Shown here: piece after piece, positions 37,177-47,730 of the stretch
Position numbering within the stretch: position 1 is the stretch's first letter
How the letters are laid out: each line of letters begins with the position of its first letter
Assembly: GCA_043771175.1 (NCBI GenBank)
Contig: JAYVHO010000008.1
Location: forward strand, 5,124-69,123
Length of the DNA stretch: 64,000 nucleotides
Reading direction: 5' to 3'
Origin: a bacterium
GTDB lineage: Bacteria; Patescibacteriota; Minisyncoccia; Phycocordibacterales; UBA1006
Program-made: the position numbers and the translations under genes
Notes under the pieces: generated by a model
What the model was told of the DNA's origin: nothing
Seen by the model: only the letters and a program-made list of their open reading frames with translations
The model's database searches: none

Positions 37177-38223
37177 CTACTCAATTGAATTTAATATCTC
37201 CATACATTCCTTATAAGATCTACTCATTACCAATCTTTGCTTAATATCATGATACTGTGGAAATTCTGAAAAATATGCTTTAAAATGTTTTGCCATTAAA
37301 GCAAATGATTTTGCTTTTACTTCCCCACCTTCTAGATCAAATTCCAAATCACCACAGTGATAATGTGCAGGGCGTGTAGTTCCAATTTTATACATATACA
37401 GATCAACATGTTCTTTACACATGGAAATTAATTCTTCTAAATTCTTTGGTTTTAAAAGTTCTTGTTTATCAAAAATCCACGGCTTTCCAAAAATCCCTTT
37501 ACCTATCATGACACCGTCACAACCTGTTAGAGTTCTCACTTCATCTGCTTTTTCAAATGAGGTAATATTTCCATTTGCAAGAACGGGCACACCTGACCCA
37601 TGGGCCAAATCTACAATTTCTTTAAGTACATCCCAATGAGGTTCTGGTTTTGACATTTCTGTTTTGGTTCTGGCGTGGATAGTTAACAAATCTGGCTTCA
37701 TATCAATAACGGATTTTATATAGTCTTCATCATATTTTGACCAACCAATTCTGGTTTTAATAGAAATAGGAAGTTCTGGTGCACCTTCTCTACAAGCATC
37801 AATGAGTGATTTTAATATATCTGGATTTTTAATAAGACATGATCCTGCGCCTTGTTTACAAATGGTATCATCAGGACACCCTGCGTTAATATCAATTCCA
37901 TCAAACCCCAATTCTGCAACTTTTTTTGCCGCAATTTTCATTTTTTCGGGATTACTTCCAAACAACTGAGCAATAAGAGGTCTTTGACTGTTGGTGTATT
38001 CTAAATCTCGCATTAAACTAATTTGACCAATAGGATGAATGAATCCATCAGCAGAAACAAATTCTGTCCAAAGAGCATGTAAAGATGAATCATTTTGACC
38101 CATTCTTGAATATTTTGCCAACATTTCACGCTCTGCATAATCAGTTACATCTGCCATGGGTGCACAAACAAAAATATATCCATGTTTCTCTATTAAATTT
38201 TTCCACAAATCTCTTGACTTCAT
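37177..38223 (-). CDS. tRNA-dihydrouridine synthase
   Basis: 'CAPMADVTD', 'GIDINAGCP', 'TIHARTK'. Confidence 0.85.
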   Translation of the reverse strand: MKSRDLWKNLIEKHGYIFVCAPMADVTDYAEREMLAKYSRMGQNDSSLHALWTEFVSADGFIHPIGQISLMRDLEYTNSQRPLIAQLFGSNPEKMKIAAKKVAELGFDGIDINAGCPDDTICKQGAGSCLIKNPDILKSLIDACREGAPELPISIKTRIGWSKYDEDYIKSVIDMKPDLLTIHARTKTEMSKPEPHWDVLKEIVDLAHGSGVPVLANGNITSFEKADEVRTLTGCDGVMIGKGIFGKPWIFDKQELLKPKNLEELISMCKEHVDLYMYKIGTTRPAHYHCGDLEFDLEGGEVKAKSFALMAKHFKAYFSEFPQYHDIKQRLVMSRSYKECMEILNSIE

Positions 38224-38246
38224 AAGAAACGATTGTAACGTATTTT

Positions 38247-39083
38247 TTATTTATATACAATCTTTGGATAAAATCGTAAATCAATATAATTCAAAATAGA
38301 TATTTCTTTGGGTATATTTTTTAGCACCACATCTATAATAGGTTTATTAGCAACAGCAATTTTTGTTAAAGATGCCGAGTCAACAAATACTTGTATTACA
38401 CCAAACGAGTGTGTCATCATTAAACAAACGTACTCCGGTTTTTTGGGATCATACGTACATTCTTTAATTCTGTGGTTGTTGTTTGAAAACATTTGATAGA
38501 TAGTCAAAATTTCTTCTGAAATAAATGCTGGCAAAATATTATTAGTAAGTATAAGTGACGTATTTACTTTTGGATTTATATCAAAATCGTTTTGTGGAGT
38601 CTTGAGAAGAGGTCTGCCGTTACGTGAGCGCTGCCAACAAGAGATTTCTTCCAAAGGAATAGTATTGCAGTGAACAATTTTTGCTTCTTGTTCTTTGATA
38701 TCGATATAAATTTCATTAAAGTTGCGGTAGTTCACATCAACTTCTGCTATTTCTGGGTATTTACTTTTTAAGTAACGTTCAATATTTTTTGATGACTGCA
38801 AAATTCTTTGCGGATATGGAATCACTATTTCTGGAAATCGTGAAATATATGTTGTTACATTTTTTCCAATTTCATAAGAAGACAGAGACTGATTTCCCGT
38901 AATATTAATTATTTGAATTGATAGTGACTCATTTCGTATAATGCTGATATAACATGCAGATATAATAATCACTCCACCCATAATTCCCCACAATGTTCCA
39001 CTAAAAAAATGTCGTATTAAAACAACCACTGATGATGGTTGTTTTTTTTGTACATGCTTTTTCTGTTGTAATTCTTTCTCCAT
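38247..39083 (-). CDS. ftsQ: FtsQ/DivIB-like cell-division protein (TM plus POTRA)
   Basis: N-terminal TM, then 'IQIINITGNQSLSSYEI' POTRA-like start. Confidence 0.55.
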   Translation of the reverse strand: MEKELQQKKHVQKKQPSSVVVLIRHFFSGTLWGIMGGVIIISACYISIIRNESLSIQIINITGNQSLSSYEIGKNVTTYISRFPEIVIPYPQRILQSSKNIERYLKSKYPEIAEVDVNYRNFNEIYIDIKEQEAKIVHCNTIPLEEISCWQRSRNGRPLLKTPQNDFDINPKVNTSLILTNNILPAFISEEILTIYQMFSNNNHRIKECTYDPKKPEYVCLMMTHSFGVIQVFVDSASLTKIAVANKPIIDVVLKNIPKEISILNYIDLRFYPKIVYK

Positions 39084-39090
39084 GATGTAA

Positions 39091-40353
39091 TTATACAATA
39101 GTATCAAACCCACAATATGGAATCAAAGCATCCGGGATTTTTATTGATCCATCTGCTTGTTGAAAATTTTCAATGAGTGAAACCAAAATACGAGGAGTTG
39201 GAATAGCCGTACAGTTAAGTGAATGAGCAAATCTCATCTTTCCTTCTGAATCTTTGTATCTAACATTAAATCTTCGAGTCTGAAAATCATGAAAATACGA
39301 AGCTGAAGAAATTTCACGATATTTTTCTTCTCCTGGTACCCACAATTCTGTATCATATTTCTTTACTTGTCCTTGACCCAAATCTCCTCCGCAGTTAATT
39401 ACTGTTCTATAAGGAATTCCCAGTGATTCAATAAATTGTTCAACATTACGTTGAATCCATTCATGATATTCAACTGATTTTGTGTGAGATGCTTCACATA
39501 AAATAATTTGTTCAAATTTATAAAATTCATGAACGCGAATTAAACCTTTTGTGTCTTTACCGTGTGACCCTGCTTCTCTACGATAACAAGGTGAAAATGC
39601 CAATATTTTACGCGGAAATTCTGACTCATCAAGTACTTCATCACTAAAATACCCCATGGTAGAAACCTCTGCCGTTCCAATAAGATTTTGGCCATCTTGA
39701 GTTTCAAATAGATCTTCTGCATCATTTGGTAAATGTCCTGTTCCAAAAAAATTCTCTTTGTTAACAATGGTTGGCGTAATCATGAATTCTGGAAAACCAT
39801 TTTTAAGATAAAAATCTTTTGCATAATTCCAAATAGCAAAGGTTAAAAGAGCTCCTCTGTTTTTCATAAAATAACCACGGAATCCATGTACTTTTGTTCC
39901 CCTTTCAAAATCAACCATATTATGTTTTATCATTAAATCAATGTGATTTTGTGGTTCAAATTCAAATTTCTTAGCTTCTCCCCAATGCCGAATAGGAACG
40001 TTTTCTTCATCTGAATTTCCTTCTGGAACTGACATATCGGGAACATTTGGAACTTTCAACATAAGCTCTTTCCAAGCAATCAAAATAGTGTTGTATTGTT
40101 CTTCTTGGCTGCGAAGCACTTCTTTTAAATCTTTCATAGCAGCAATATGTTCAGCACGCTCTGTGTCGCTTGCTGAAGTAATAAGATCAGAAACAGCGTT
40201 TTGTTTGGTCCGCAACTCTTCTATCTTTTTAAGAAGCAATAATCTGTCATCATCAAGTTTTATGAGTTTGTCAATATCAACCTTAATTTTTTTAGTAATT
40301 GCTGCATTTTTTACAATTTCAGCGTGAGCTCTGATGAATTTGATGTCTAACAT
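39091..40353 (-). CDS. serS: Serine--tRNA ligase
   Basis: 'MLDIKFIR', 'FSPCYRREAGSHGKDTKGLIRVHEF', 'GSGLA-type' C-terminal region. tgatataat (rc of 40363-40371). Confidence 0.9.
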   Translation of the reverse strand: MLDIKFIRAHAEIVKNAAITKKIKVDIDKLIKLDDDRLLLLKKIEELRTKQNAVSDLITSASDTERAEHIAAMKDLKEVLRSQEEQYNTILIAWKELMLKVPNVPDMSVPEGNSDEENVPIRHWGEAKKFEFEPQNHIDLMIKHNMVDFERGTKVHGFRGYFMKNRGALLTFAIWNYAKDFYLKNGFPEFMITPTIVNKENFFGTGHLPNDAEDLFETQDGQNLIGTAEVSTMGYFSDEVLDESEFPRKILAFSPCYRREAGSHGKDTKGLIRVHEFYKFEQIILCEASHTKSVEYHEWIQRNVEQFIESLGIPYRTVINCGGDLGQGQVKKYDTELWVPGEEKYREISSASYFHDFQTRRFNVRYKDSEGKMRFAHSLNCTAIPTPRILVSLIENFQQADGSIKIPDALIPYCGFDTIV

Positions 40354-40388
40354 ATAAAAATTATTATATCACAATTGGCCCAATCCAG

Positions 40389-40419
40389 AAATTTAACAAC
40401 AAACATTGTTGTTAAATTT
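40389..40419. promoter_or_regulatory. 31-bp perfect palindrome between divergent serS and dprA
   Basis: aaatttaacaaca-aacat-tgttgttaaattt. It lies upstream of both -10 boxes, so it is not a terminator position. Confidence 0.4.
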
Positions 40420-40459
40420 TTACTCGCAGATACAGCACAATATTATTACAATAGTCACT

Positions 40460-41320
40460 ATGGACAAAGAATTCCCAATTGATAATATTGCAAAACATAT
40501 ACTTCCAAATTACACAGCGGGATTTTTGCCAGGATTTCCCAAGGAAATTTCCTGTCGTGGCAATATTGATATTTTAAGCTCAGAACTTTTAATTACCATT
40601 GTGGGAACTCGTAAACCGAGTGATTATGGAATTCTCCTTATTGAAAAATTATTTGAAGTTCTTGCAAAACATCATAGGCGTATTACTACCATTTCTGGAC
40701 TTGCATTTGGCATAGATGCTCTTACTCATGAACTTAGCTTAAAATACCATATCCCAACGATTGCTATTCCTGGGTCGGGACTTCATGATGATGTTATTGG
40801 TCCACGGACAAATTTAAATATTGCACATCGTATTCTTAAAAATAACGGACTCCTCCTCTCTCCTTTTAGTGAAAAGGATACTTCACGTCCTTCAATGTTT
40901 CCTCAGCGCAATTTACTTATGGCTGCAATGTCAAATGTTGTTATTGTAATTGAGGCACTTACAAAATCAGGATCGCTCATTACAGCTCATGAGGCATTGT
41001 CGTATGGAAAACCTGTTTATGTATTTCCGGGATCGTTCTTTTCGCCACTTTCAGAGGGTTGTCATGAGTTAATTCAAAAAGGAGCTGAAGTTATGGTGAG
41101 CTTTGAATCATTTGTCGAGGATATGAATCTTAATAATAATCAAATGGAACTTGCGCTTTTAAGCGGTGTGCCAACTAATATTTGGGACTTGCCTCACTCA
41201 CTTTCAGAACTCTGTGAACACTTTAAAAAATCACCTCCTGAAATGCTTTCCGAGATCACACTTTTGGAATTAGATGGTGTGATAAAAAATATTGGTGGGA
41301 GATATCAAAAAGTAAAATGA
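40460..41320 (+). CDS. dprA: DNA processing protein DprA (Smf)
   Basis: 'VGTRKPSDYG', 'SGLAFGIDALTHE', 'RNLLMAAMS'. Confidence 0.85.
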   Translation: MDKEFPIDNIAKHILPNYTAGFLPGFPKEISCRGNIDILSSELLITIVGTRKPSDYGILLIEKLFEVLAKHHRRITTISGLAFGIDALTHELSLKYHIPTIAIPGSGLHDDVIGPRTNLNIAHRILKNNGLLLSPFSEKDTSRPSMFPQRNLLMAAMSNVVIVIEALTKSGSLITAHEALSYGKPVYVFPGSFFSPLSEGCHELIQKGAEVMVSFESFVEDMNLNNNQMELALLSGVPTNIWDLPHSLSELCEHFKKSPPEMLSEITLLELDGVIKNIGGRYQKVK

Positions 41321-41361
41321 GTTCTTTACTTTTAGCAAAAATATGGTATTGTTGTAACACT

Positions 41362-42048
41362 ATGCAAACCTACACCTACACAGGGACAGAACCTATTTAT
41401 AACAATGTTTTTTTGGCTGATTGTGGTGTGGCTTCACGCCGTGGAGCTGACAAATTAATTGAAGAAGGACTGGTAAGAATTAATGATGTCATTACCAAAA
41501 AAGGTCAAAAATTAGAACTTGGCGACACTATCACGGTAGATAAAGAAAAAATTGAATTCTCATATTTTGTATTTTATAAACCTCGTGGAACAGAAACAGG
41601 AATTCATAAAGGAATGCCAGGAATGCACCCTATTGGAAGACTCGATAAAGAGTCAGAAGGATTGCTTATTTACAGCGACGATCATCGTTTGGTTGACAAG
41701 CTTTTGAATCCAGAAAATCACACCACGAAAGAATATGAAGTGTGGTCTCAAGAACGAATATTGGACGAAGCAGAACAAAAACTTAAAAGAGGTTTGCGTT
41801 ATGGTGGTATCACCTATCGTGCTCCAAAATCTTTAATTATTGCACCATCACGAGATAAAATTACTATTATTTTAACAGAAGGTAAAAAACACGAAATTCG
41901 TAGAATGTTTGCTGCTGTAAAACTTACCGTAAAAAGACTCAAGAGAAATAAAATTGGAAACCTTGAATCTCCTACTTTACAACCGGGTGATTTTAAAAAA
42001 TTACGTGGCTCAGATTTAAAATATATTCAAGAAATTTTATCTAAATAA
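41362..42048 (+). CDS. Pseudouridine synthase (RsuA/RluB/RluF family) with S4 domain
   Basis: 'GRLDKESEGLLI', 'KKHEIRRM'. tggtattgt at 41344-41352 supports ATG 41362. Confidence 0.8.
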   Translation: MQTYTYTGTEPIYNNVFLADCGVASRRGADKLIEEGLVRINDVITKKGQKLELGDTITVDKEKIEFSYFVFYKPRGTETGIHKGMPGMHPIGRLDKESEGLLIYSDDHRLVDKLLNPENHTTKEYEVWSQERILDEAEQKLKRGLRYGGITYRAPKSLIIAPSRDKITIILTEGKKHEIRRMFAAVKLTVKRLKRNKIGNLESPTLQPGDFKKLRGSDLKYIQEILSK

Positions 42049-42104
42049 TTGATTTTATTGTTAAATGATATAAGATTGATGAAAATCTTTAAAATTCTAT
42101 ATTT

Positions 42105-42662
42105 ATGAAGCAGCATATTCACAACCATGGTAAGAAATATTTTACAATTTTTCTTGTATTGTATTGTCTTTTACTTATTTTCCACGTTGCAACAATCCCA
42201 TTTAATGGTTTATTTAGTTACGGCATTCTCCTAACGGGAATAATTCTTGCAATATTCTCGCATAAACGTCATGGGTACGAAACACTAATCCTACTGTTGA
42301 TACATATGTCATTTGAATGGTGGCAACATGCCAATCATGCGTTTGAATATGGATTACAAGAGTTAATACTTTCTATCATTCATGCAATTTTTGATGGAGT
42401 GTTTTTGTGGGAAGAATTAAAAGCACACACTAAAAAAACATTGCGTAGTATTATTTGTACATGTGTTGTTTTGGGTATTGGTGCTATGTTCATCATTGCA
42501 CCATTGTATAAAAATGAGACTCAAGATATTGAATCTCATCAAACAGAAGAAACCCATCAACATTCACCTAACAGTTCATTACTTGAAATCTTTGTGATGG
42601 GAGGCATTATGGGTTGCATCATCTCTCATGTATTTCTTCAAAAGAAACAAGAGTTATCGTAA
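42105..42662 (+). CDS. Hypothetical His-rich membrane protein
   Basis: 185 aa with 4-5 TM helices. Confidence 0.45.
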   Translation: MKQHIHNHGKKYFTIFLVLYCLLLIFHVATIPFNGLFSYGILLTGIILAIFSHKRHGYETLILLLIHMSFEWWQHANHAFEYGLQELILSIIHAIFDGVFLWEELKAHTKKTLRSIICTCVVLGIGAMFIIAPLYKNETQDIESHQTEETHQHSPNSSLLEIFVMGGIMGCIISHVFLQKKQELS

Positions 42663-43460
42663 CAAATTTTCAAACACACTTATTACTGCAAGGGGGCCAA
42701 CACCGCCTGGGACTGGTGTGTAGTATCCAGCAATATTATAACAACCTGGATCAATATCTCCCGTTAATTTTCCTTCTTGTTCGCTGGTTCCGCCGTCAAT
42801 TAAAAATACTCCTCGAGTAATCATGTCTTCTTTGATGATATGTGTTTTCCCAACACCAGAAATAATAATATCCGCATTTTTTAAAGACTCCACATATTCA
42901 TCTTGTGGGGTCTTTTCTGTAATAATTTTATAATACAAAGATTTTGATGCAAAATAACGTGAAACAGGCGCACCTACTAATGTTCCATTTCCAACAATAA
43001 CAATATGCTCTCCTTCAATATTATAAAATACCGAATCCAGAATATGTTGTACGGCTGCGGCAACGGGTGGAATTCTCTTTGTGGTTCCCTCATCAAATGC
43101 CAATAATGAATCATAAGAAAGTACATCAATATCTAAGTCATAGGGCACCATATTAACAATGGTTGGTGTATCGCACCAATGAGGAATAGGAAGCTGTAGC
43201 ACTATCCCATCAAAGTTTTGCGTGGTAAGTTCTGTCACAAATTCACATGCGGATGCCGTATTTTTTTCTCCTTCGTAAATAATAGTTTGTGCATGAACAC
43301 CAATTCTTGCTGCTACTTTTTTCTTCATTTCTACAAATTGTTCAACCGCAAAAGAGTGTTCAAAAATAACAAAACAAACACGTTTTTGAGGAGCGGATAA
43401 AAGCTCTGCTTTTATCCGCTCCTCAATCCCCTGTGCCAATTTTTTTCCATCTATTTTCAT
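42654..43460 (-). CDS. folD: Bifunctional methylenetetrahydrofolate dehydrogenase/cyclohydrolase
   Basis: 'MKIDGKKLAQ', 'YTPVPGGVGPLAV'. Confidence 0.85.
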   Translation of the reverse strand: MKIDGKKLAQGIEERIKAELLSAPQKRVCFVIFEHSFAVEQFVEMKKKVAARIGVHAQTIIYEGEKNTASACEFVTELTTQNFDGIVLQLPIPHWCDTPTIVNMVPYDLDIDVLSYDSLLAFDEGTTKRIPPVAAAVQHILDSVFYNIEGEHIVIVGNGTLVGAPVSRYFASKSLYYKIITEKTPQDEYVESLKNADIIISGVGKTHIIKEDMITRGVFLIDGGTSEQEGKLTGDIDPGCYNIAGYYTPVPGGVGPLAVISVFENLLR

Positions 43461-44650
43461 ATATTGTTTCTTAAAATTTTATCTATCGTAATGGCAATAT
43501 TTTGTGCGTCAACTTCATTTTTCCCTTGTGTGGTGATAGCTGGTGTTCCAATACGGATACCAGATGGATCTTGTGGTGAGCGTGTGTCATAAGGAATGGT
43601 ATTCATGTTTACAATAATTCCATGTTGTTCCAATAACTCACTGGCAGTTTTTCCAGAAATTCCTGCACCACCATTCCAGGTGTCAACAATAAATAAATGA
43701 GTATCTGTTCCCTCTGACACAATTCTCCATCCTAAATTTTGCAGTGTCTGCGCCATAACCTTTGCATTTTTTATTACCTGTGAAATATATTCAAAGTATT
43801 GTAATGTTTGAGATTCTTGCAAAGCCACGGCAACCGCACCAATTTGATTCATGTGTGGACCACCTTGCATGCCAGGGAAAATAGTCTTATCAATTTTTTT
43901 ATCTAAATTTCGTATATCTTTTTTTGAAAAAATCAGCGCGCCACGTGGACCACGTAACGTCTTGTGAGTGGTAGTCATTACGGTATCAGCATATTCAAAT
44001 GGTGACGGAAAGTTTTTGGTTATGATAAGACCAGAAATATGAGAGATATCAGCGTGCAACAAAGCTCCACAGATATCTGCAATTTCACGTAATTTTTTCC
44101 AGTCAATAACACGTGAATACGCGGTATATCCCGCTACAATAATATCTGGTTTTTCTGCAGTTGCTATTTCTGCAATATGTTGATAATCCAATATTTCTGT
44201 TTTTTGTTCAACAAAATATGGAACTTGATGCCAAATTTTACCGGTAACAGAAACCTTATACCCATGTGTTAAGTGTCCTCCATGAGAAAGGTCTAACCCC
44301 ATAATTTTCCCACCATGTGGCACCAATGCTTGATATATTGCCATATTTGCAGGAGAACCAGAATATGACTGTACATTTACTGCCCAATCTTCTGCAGAAA
44401 CGCCAAATGCAGTCAGCGCACGATTTTGGCATAGTTCTTCAATCTGATCAATATATTCATTTCCTGCGTAATATCTGGCACGTGAGTACCCTTCTGCATA
44501 TTTATTGGTTAAAACTGAACCCGTTACTAAAAGCACATCTGCTGAGACATAATTTTCTGAGGCAATCAAATTGACCTTGTCATTTTGACGATGTGACTCA
44601 AGTGCTATAAGATTTTGAATTTCGTGATCATTCATAGAGACATTATACAT
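43457..44650 (-). CDS. glyA: Serine hydroxymethyltransferase
   Basis: 'LIASENY', 'TTTHKTLRGPRG'. Confidence 0.9.
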   Translation of the reverse strand: MYNVSMNDHEIQNLIALESHRQNDKVNLIASENYVSADVLLVTGSVLTNKYAEGYSRARYYAGNEYIDQIEELCQNRALTAFGVSAEDWAVNVQSYSGSPANMAIYQALVPHGGKIMGLDLSHGGHLTHGYKVSVTGKIWHQVPYFVEQKTEILDYQHIAEIATAEKPDIIVAGYTAYSRVIDWKKLREIADICGALLHADISHISGLIITKNFPSPFEYADTVMTTTHKTLRGPRGALIFSKKDIRNLDKKIDKTIFPGMQGGPHMNQIGAVAVALQESQTLQYFEYISQVIKNAKVMAQTLQNLGWRIVSEGTDTHLFIVDTWNGGAGISGKTASELLEQHGIIVNMNTIPYDTRSPQDPSGIRIGTPAITTQGKNEVDAQNIAITIDKILRNNI

Positions 44651-44741
44651 AAAATTTATATTTCTGTAACTTTAAATACCCTGTTTTCCAAGGCTTCATA
44701 TCACAAAAAAAATCCCCTCATTGGGGATTTTTTTATGATAC

Positions 44742-45296
44742 TTATTTATCTGAAAAGCTATCTACGCTAATGAAGACCATTTCTGATCCATCAGAAAGCA
44801 TAATGTGAAGCTCATCTGCTTTGAGCATATATGATGCTGATTTTGTAAGTTGATCTAAATAAGCAGATTCAAGAGTTTCTCCTGCACATGCTTTTTTTGT
44901 TGAAGTAATTTTTGAGATAGTAATTTTTGAAGCATCTGCCGTTAAACTACCTGCCAAACCATTACAGTCTGTAGTGCTGTACGCACGCATTGTTTTTTGA
45001 TCAAATTTCAACACAAACTTATTTCCATCAGGTGACGTAATTTGTGAACCAGTAGAAGTTTTGGTAAACAACCATGACCAGTCAGTATCATAAATTGAAG
45101 TAACACCTACCACGGTGGTTCCTTTTGCTGGAATCACATTTCCATTTTCATCTAATTCTGTTAATGTATCCATTTCAGTTACCAGCGGTTCTGTTATTAA
45201 TGCTTCTTTTGCTTTTTTATTTTTTGTGATAAAGAAAATTAATGTTCCTACGATAAGTAATACTAAAACCAATGAGATTGCAGTGTTTTTGTTCAT
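44742..45296 (-). CDS. META-domain (HslJ-like) secreted/anchored protein
   Basis: N-terminal TM; 'DCNGLAGSLT...ISKITSTKKAC' META pattern. Confidence 0.6.
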   Translation of the reverse strand: MNKNTAISLVLVLLIVGTLIFFITKNKKAKEALITEPLVTEMDTLTELDENGNVIPAKGTTVVGVTSIYDTDWSWLFTKTSTGSQITSPDGNKFVLKFDQKTMRAYSTTDCNGLAGSLTADASKITISKITSTKKACAGETLESAYLDQLTKSASYMLKADELHIMLSDGSEMVFISVDSFSDK

Positions 45297-45323
45297 ATAT
45301 ATAAGTATACTCCTACTTTTGAA

Positions 45324-45773
45324 TTACATAAACTTTGTTAGATAAATTACTAGTGTTGCCAATGTTCCCCACCACCCAATTAATGAAATAATAAAGCTTG
45401 CAATAATGTGGTATTGAGTTTTTTTACTCAGTAGTTTTGTTTCTTGATGTTGCTTTTCTAAATCAAGTAACTGCGGACTGATAACAAAACTTAAATATAT
45501 TCCATTTAAAATTAACAGCACAAGAAATACTAAATGAATAAATGGTGCTCCAAAAAATGGAGTTTGGTAATAGAATAAAAATCCTCCTACCGTTCCAATA
45601 GTCAGCCCCAGCCAAATAAGTGGTTTAGTCACCTTGTGTGCACGTATGGTTGTTTGTGTCCAATAATGAGAGCGTCGTGCAATAAATCCCAGGGTATCAA
45701 TCACGGTTACTGCTCCATGACCAACAATAAGCCCCGTGATGAGTAAAAATAGTCCAATGTATGTTTGGGTCAT
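45324..45773 (-). CDS. Hypothetical membrane protein
   Basis: Start at 'MTQTYIG' is supported by tgctacaat (rc of 45780-45788), 6 nt upstream. Confidence 0.45.
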   Translation of the reverse strand: MTQTYIGLFLLITGLIVGHGAVTVIDTLGFIARRSHYWTQTTIRAHKVTKPLIWLGLTIGTVGGFLFYYQTPFFGAPFIHLVFLVLLILNGIYLSFVISPQLLDLEKQHQETKLLSKKTQYHIIASFIISLIGWWGTLATLVIYLTKFM

Positions 45774-45835
45774 AAGATTATTGTAGCACTTGGAATTGAC
45801 ATAGCCGATTTCTGAGGTTGACACAGTAAGAGCAC

Positions 45836-46507
45836 TCACTCATATTCAGCAAATAACGTTGCGAGAAAATCACTTTCTAACTTATTTTCTTTATAGTTAA
45901 TAATCATCTCTCGATATTTTTCAATTAATGGTTCAACTTCATCAGAAAGTTCTGTGAGATTTATTTTATAAAAAGTTGACTCAACTTTATCTTCAAACCA
46001 ATCAATAAATTCATCAATCTCCTTTGTAAAATTTGCTTTCCCAAAAAAGTGCATCGAAATAATATGTGCGTAGGCGTCAGCATTTCTCAGCAGCTGTGCT
46101 TCTTTTGAGGTTGGGTTATGATCAAGTTCAGTTGACTTTATACATTCTGATACTTCATTTATGAAGTTATCATCGTAACCAAAGTTTTTTAGTTCGATTT
46201 TTGCATATTCAACACTGCGATTTTCATGTCCTGTTGGATCTGGCGTGTCACGCTTGTAAATAAGTCCTGCATCATGGAACAAAGCAGCATAGAGGCACAC
46301 TTGAAAATCTATTTCATTTTTATAGTGAGATTCACCAATCTTCTTAATCTGGATCAAAACATTATTAATGTGGTTTGGGAAAAACCAATCAACACGGAGG
46401 TATTTAAAACGGAATTCATCATTATTTATCTGAGGATGAAGATTGTATAGATTATTATAGGCGGTAGTAAAATTTTTAATAAAGTCTGGATCGAGGTAGT
46501 TTTTCAT
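45836..46507 (-). CDS. HD-domain phosphohydrolase
   Basis: 'AALFHDAGL'. Confidence 0.6.
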   Translation of the reverse strand: MKNYLDPDFIKNFTTAYNNLYNLHPQINNDEFRFKYLRVDWFFPNHINNVLIQIKKIGESHYKNEIDFQVCLYAALFHDAGLIYKRDTPDPTGHENRSVEYAKIELKNFGYDDNFINEVSECIKSTELDHNPTSKEAQLLRNADAYAHIISMHFFGKANFTKEIDEFIDWFEDKVESTFYKINLTELSDEVEPLIEKYREMIINYKENKLESDFLATLFAEYE

Positions 46508-46518
46508 AATAAAAGTAT

Positions 46519-47502
46519 TTATTTAGTAAGAGCATCTATTAATGAATCTAAATTTTCAGAGAGAAATTTGATTCTTTTGTGATCTTCAAAAAGAAAGTGA
46601 TCAACGCGAGTGTTGTCTTTTAGATAATGTTCACTTTCAACCCAAAAACCGTTGATACTTTTGACATAAAAAAGTTGCAAACCTTTTTTTATCTCGTCAT
46701 ACGATATTGGGTAAACACTCGCATAAGCATCTATATATTTTCTTGCATTATCAATATTGATATTCGTCACTCCACTAGAGAGAAATCCATAACACATTGA
46801 TCTAAATAATTCATATGTCCTTGGTGAATAGCCTGTTTTTTCAAAATCAAACACCCATTTCACGTTATCATGTTCATCAAATAAAACATTATGCTCTAGA
46901 TAATCACCGTGAATAAGATGATCCGATTGCAAACCCAAGCTTTCAAAATTTATAGTATTTTTTAACAAAAGTTCCTTCTTTATCTGTATATTTTCATTCG
47001 CAGTTTTATCAAACTCACTTAACGTATCAACTTCTGATATTTTTTTCGTAATATCTTCGATCTTTTTGAATATTTTTTCTTTATCTTCGATAGTAAAATA
47101 ATCTTCAATAACAAGCTTTGAGTTCTTACCAAGAAGGTGAATTTTTCCCAACATCTTCCCTAAAGAAATAATTGCAGTATCTGACAATTCCCCTCTTTCA
47201 ATATGCCTGCCTTCAATAAACGGAAATAAAGCATAATAAGTGTGATCATGTTCAAAAAAAGTTTTCCCATCTAAAAATGATATTGGAAGAATAACAGGAA
47301 TTCCACCATTAGAAAAATATTTCTTGGAAGCATGAATCTCTATAATTCTGTTGGGTTTATCAAATCTATATTTTTTAAGAAAAAATCTATCTTCTCCATC
47401 TGAAAGAAAATAATTTTCACTTAAAAATCCTTTTGTTACTTTTTCAAATAAGGAAACATTAATACCATAGATATTGTTTATTTTTTGCAAAAGATGCTCC
47501 AT
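46519..47502 (-). CDS. Aminoglycoside/choline-kinase-type phosphotransferase (APH family)
   Basis: 'LIHGDYLEHNVLFD...VFDFE'. Confidence 0.7.
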   Translation of the reverse strand: MEHLLQKINNIYGINVSLFEKVTKGFLSENYFLSDGEDRFFLKKYRFDKPNRIIEIHASKKYFSNGGIPVILPISFLDGKTFFEHDHTYYALFPFIEGRHIERGELSDTAIISLGKMLGKIHLLGKNSKLVIEDYFTIEDKEKIFKKIEDITKKISEVDTLSEFDKTANENIQIKKELLLKNTINFESLGLQSDHLIHGDYLEHNVLFDEHDNVKWVFDFEKTGYSPRTYELFRSMCYGFLSSGVTNINIDNARKYIDAYASVYPISYDEIKKGLQLFYVKSINGFWVESEHYLKDNTRVDHFLFEDHKRIKFLSENLDSLIDALTK

Positions 47503-47600
47503 AGATGTCTATTATACCTTTCTATATCAAGACAACAATATATTATGACTTTTTATTCCCCTTTAAAGAACGGGAATAGTTCTTGTATCTTTACTCATAA

Positions 47601-47626
47601 AAAAACAGCATTTCTGCTGTTTTTTT
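47601..47626 (-). terminator. Terminator after tRNA-Gln
   Basis: The reverse complement equals the 14267-14291 terminator (acagca-gaaa-tgctgt plus U-run). Confidence 0.75.
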
Positions 47627-47659
47627 ATTTTAACCCTCTTGGTCACCTTCCCTAAAATG

Positions 47660-47730
47660 TTGCCAGACTAGGATTCGAACCTAGATAAACGGCACCAAAA
47701 ACCGTTGTCCTACCATTAGACGATCTGGCA
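47660..47730 (-). tRNA. tRNA-Gln (TTG)
   Basis: Hand fold: tgccaga/tctggca acceptor, anticodon stem acggt/gccgt, loop ttTTGgt, T-loop ttcgaat; 71 nt; no CCA. Confidence 0.85.
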
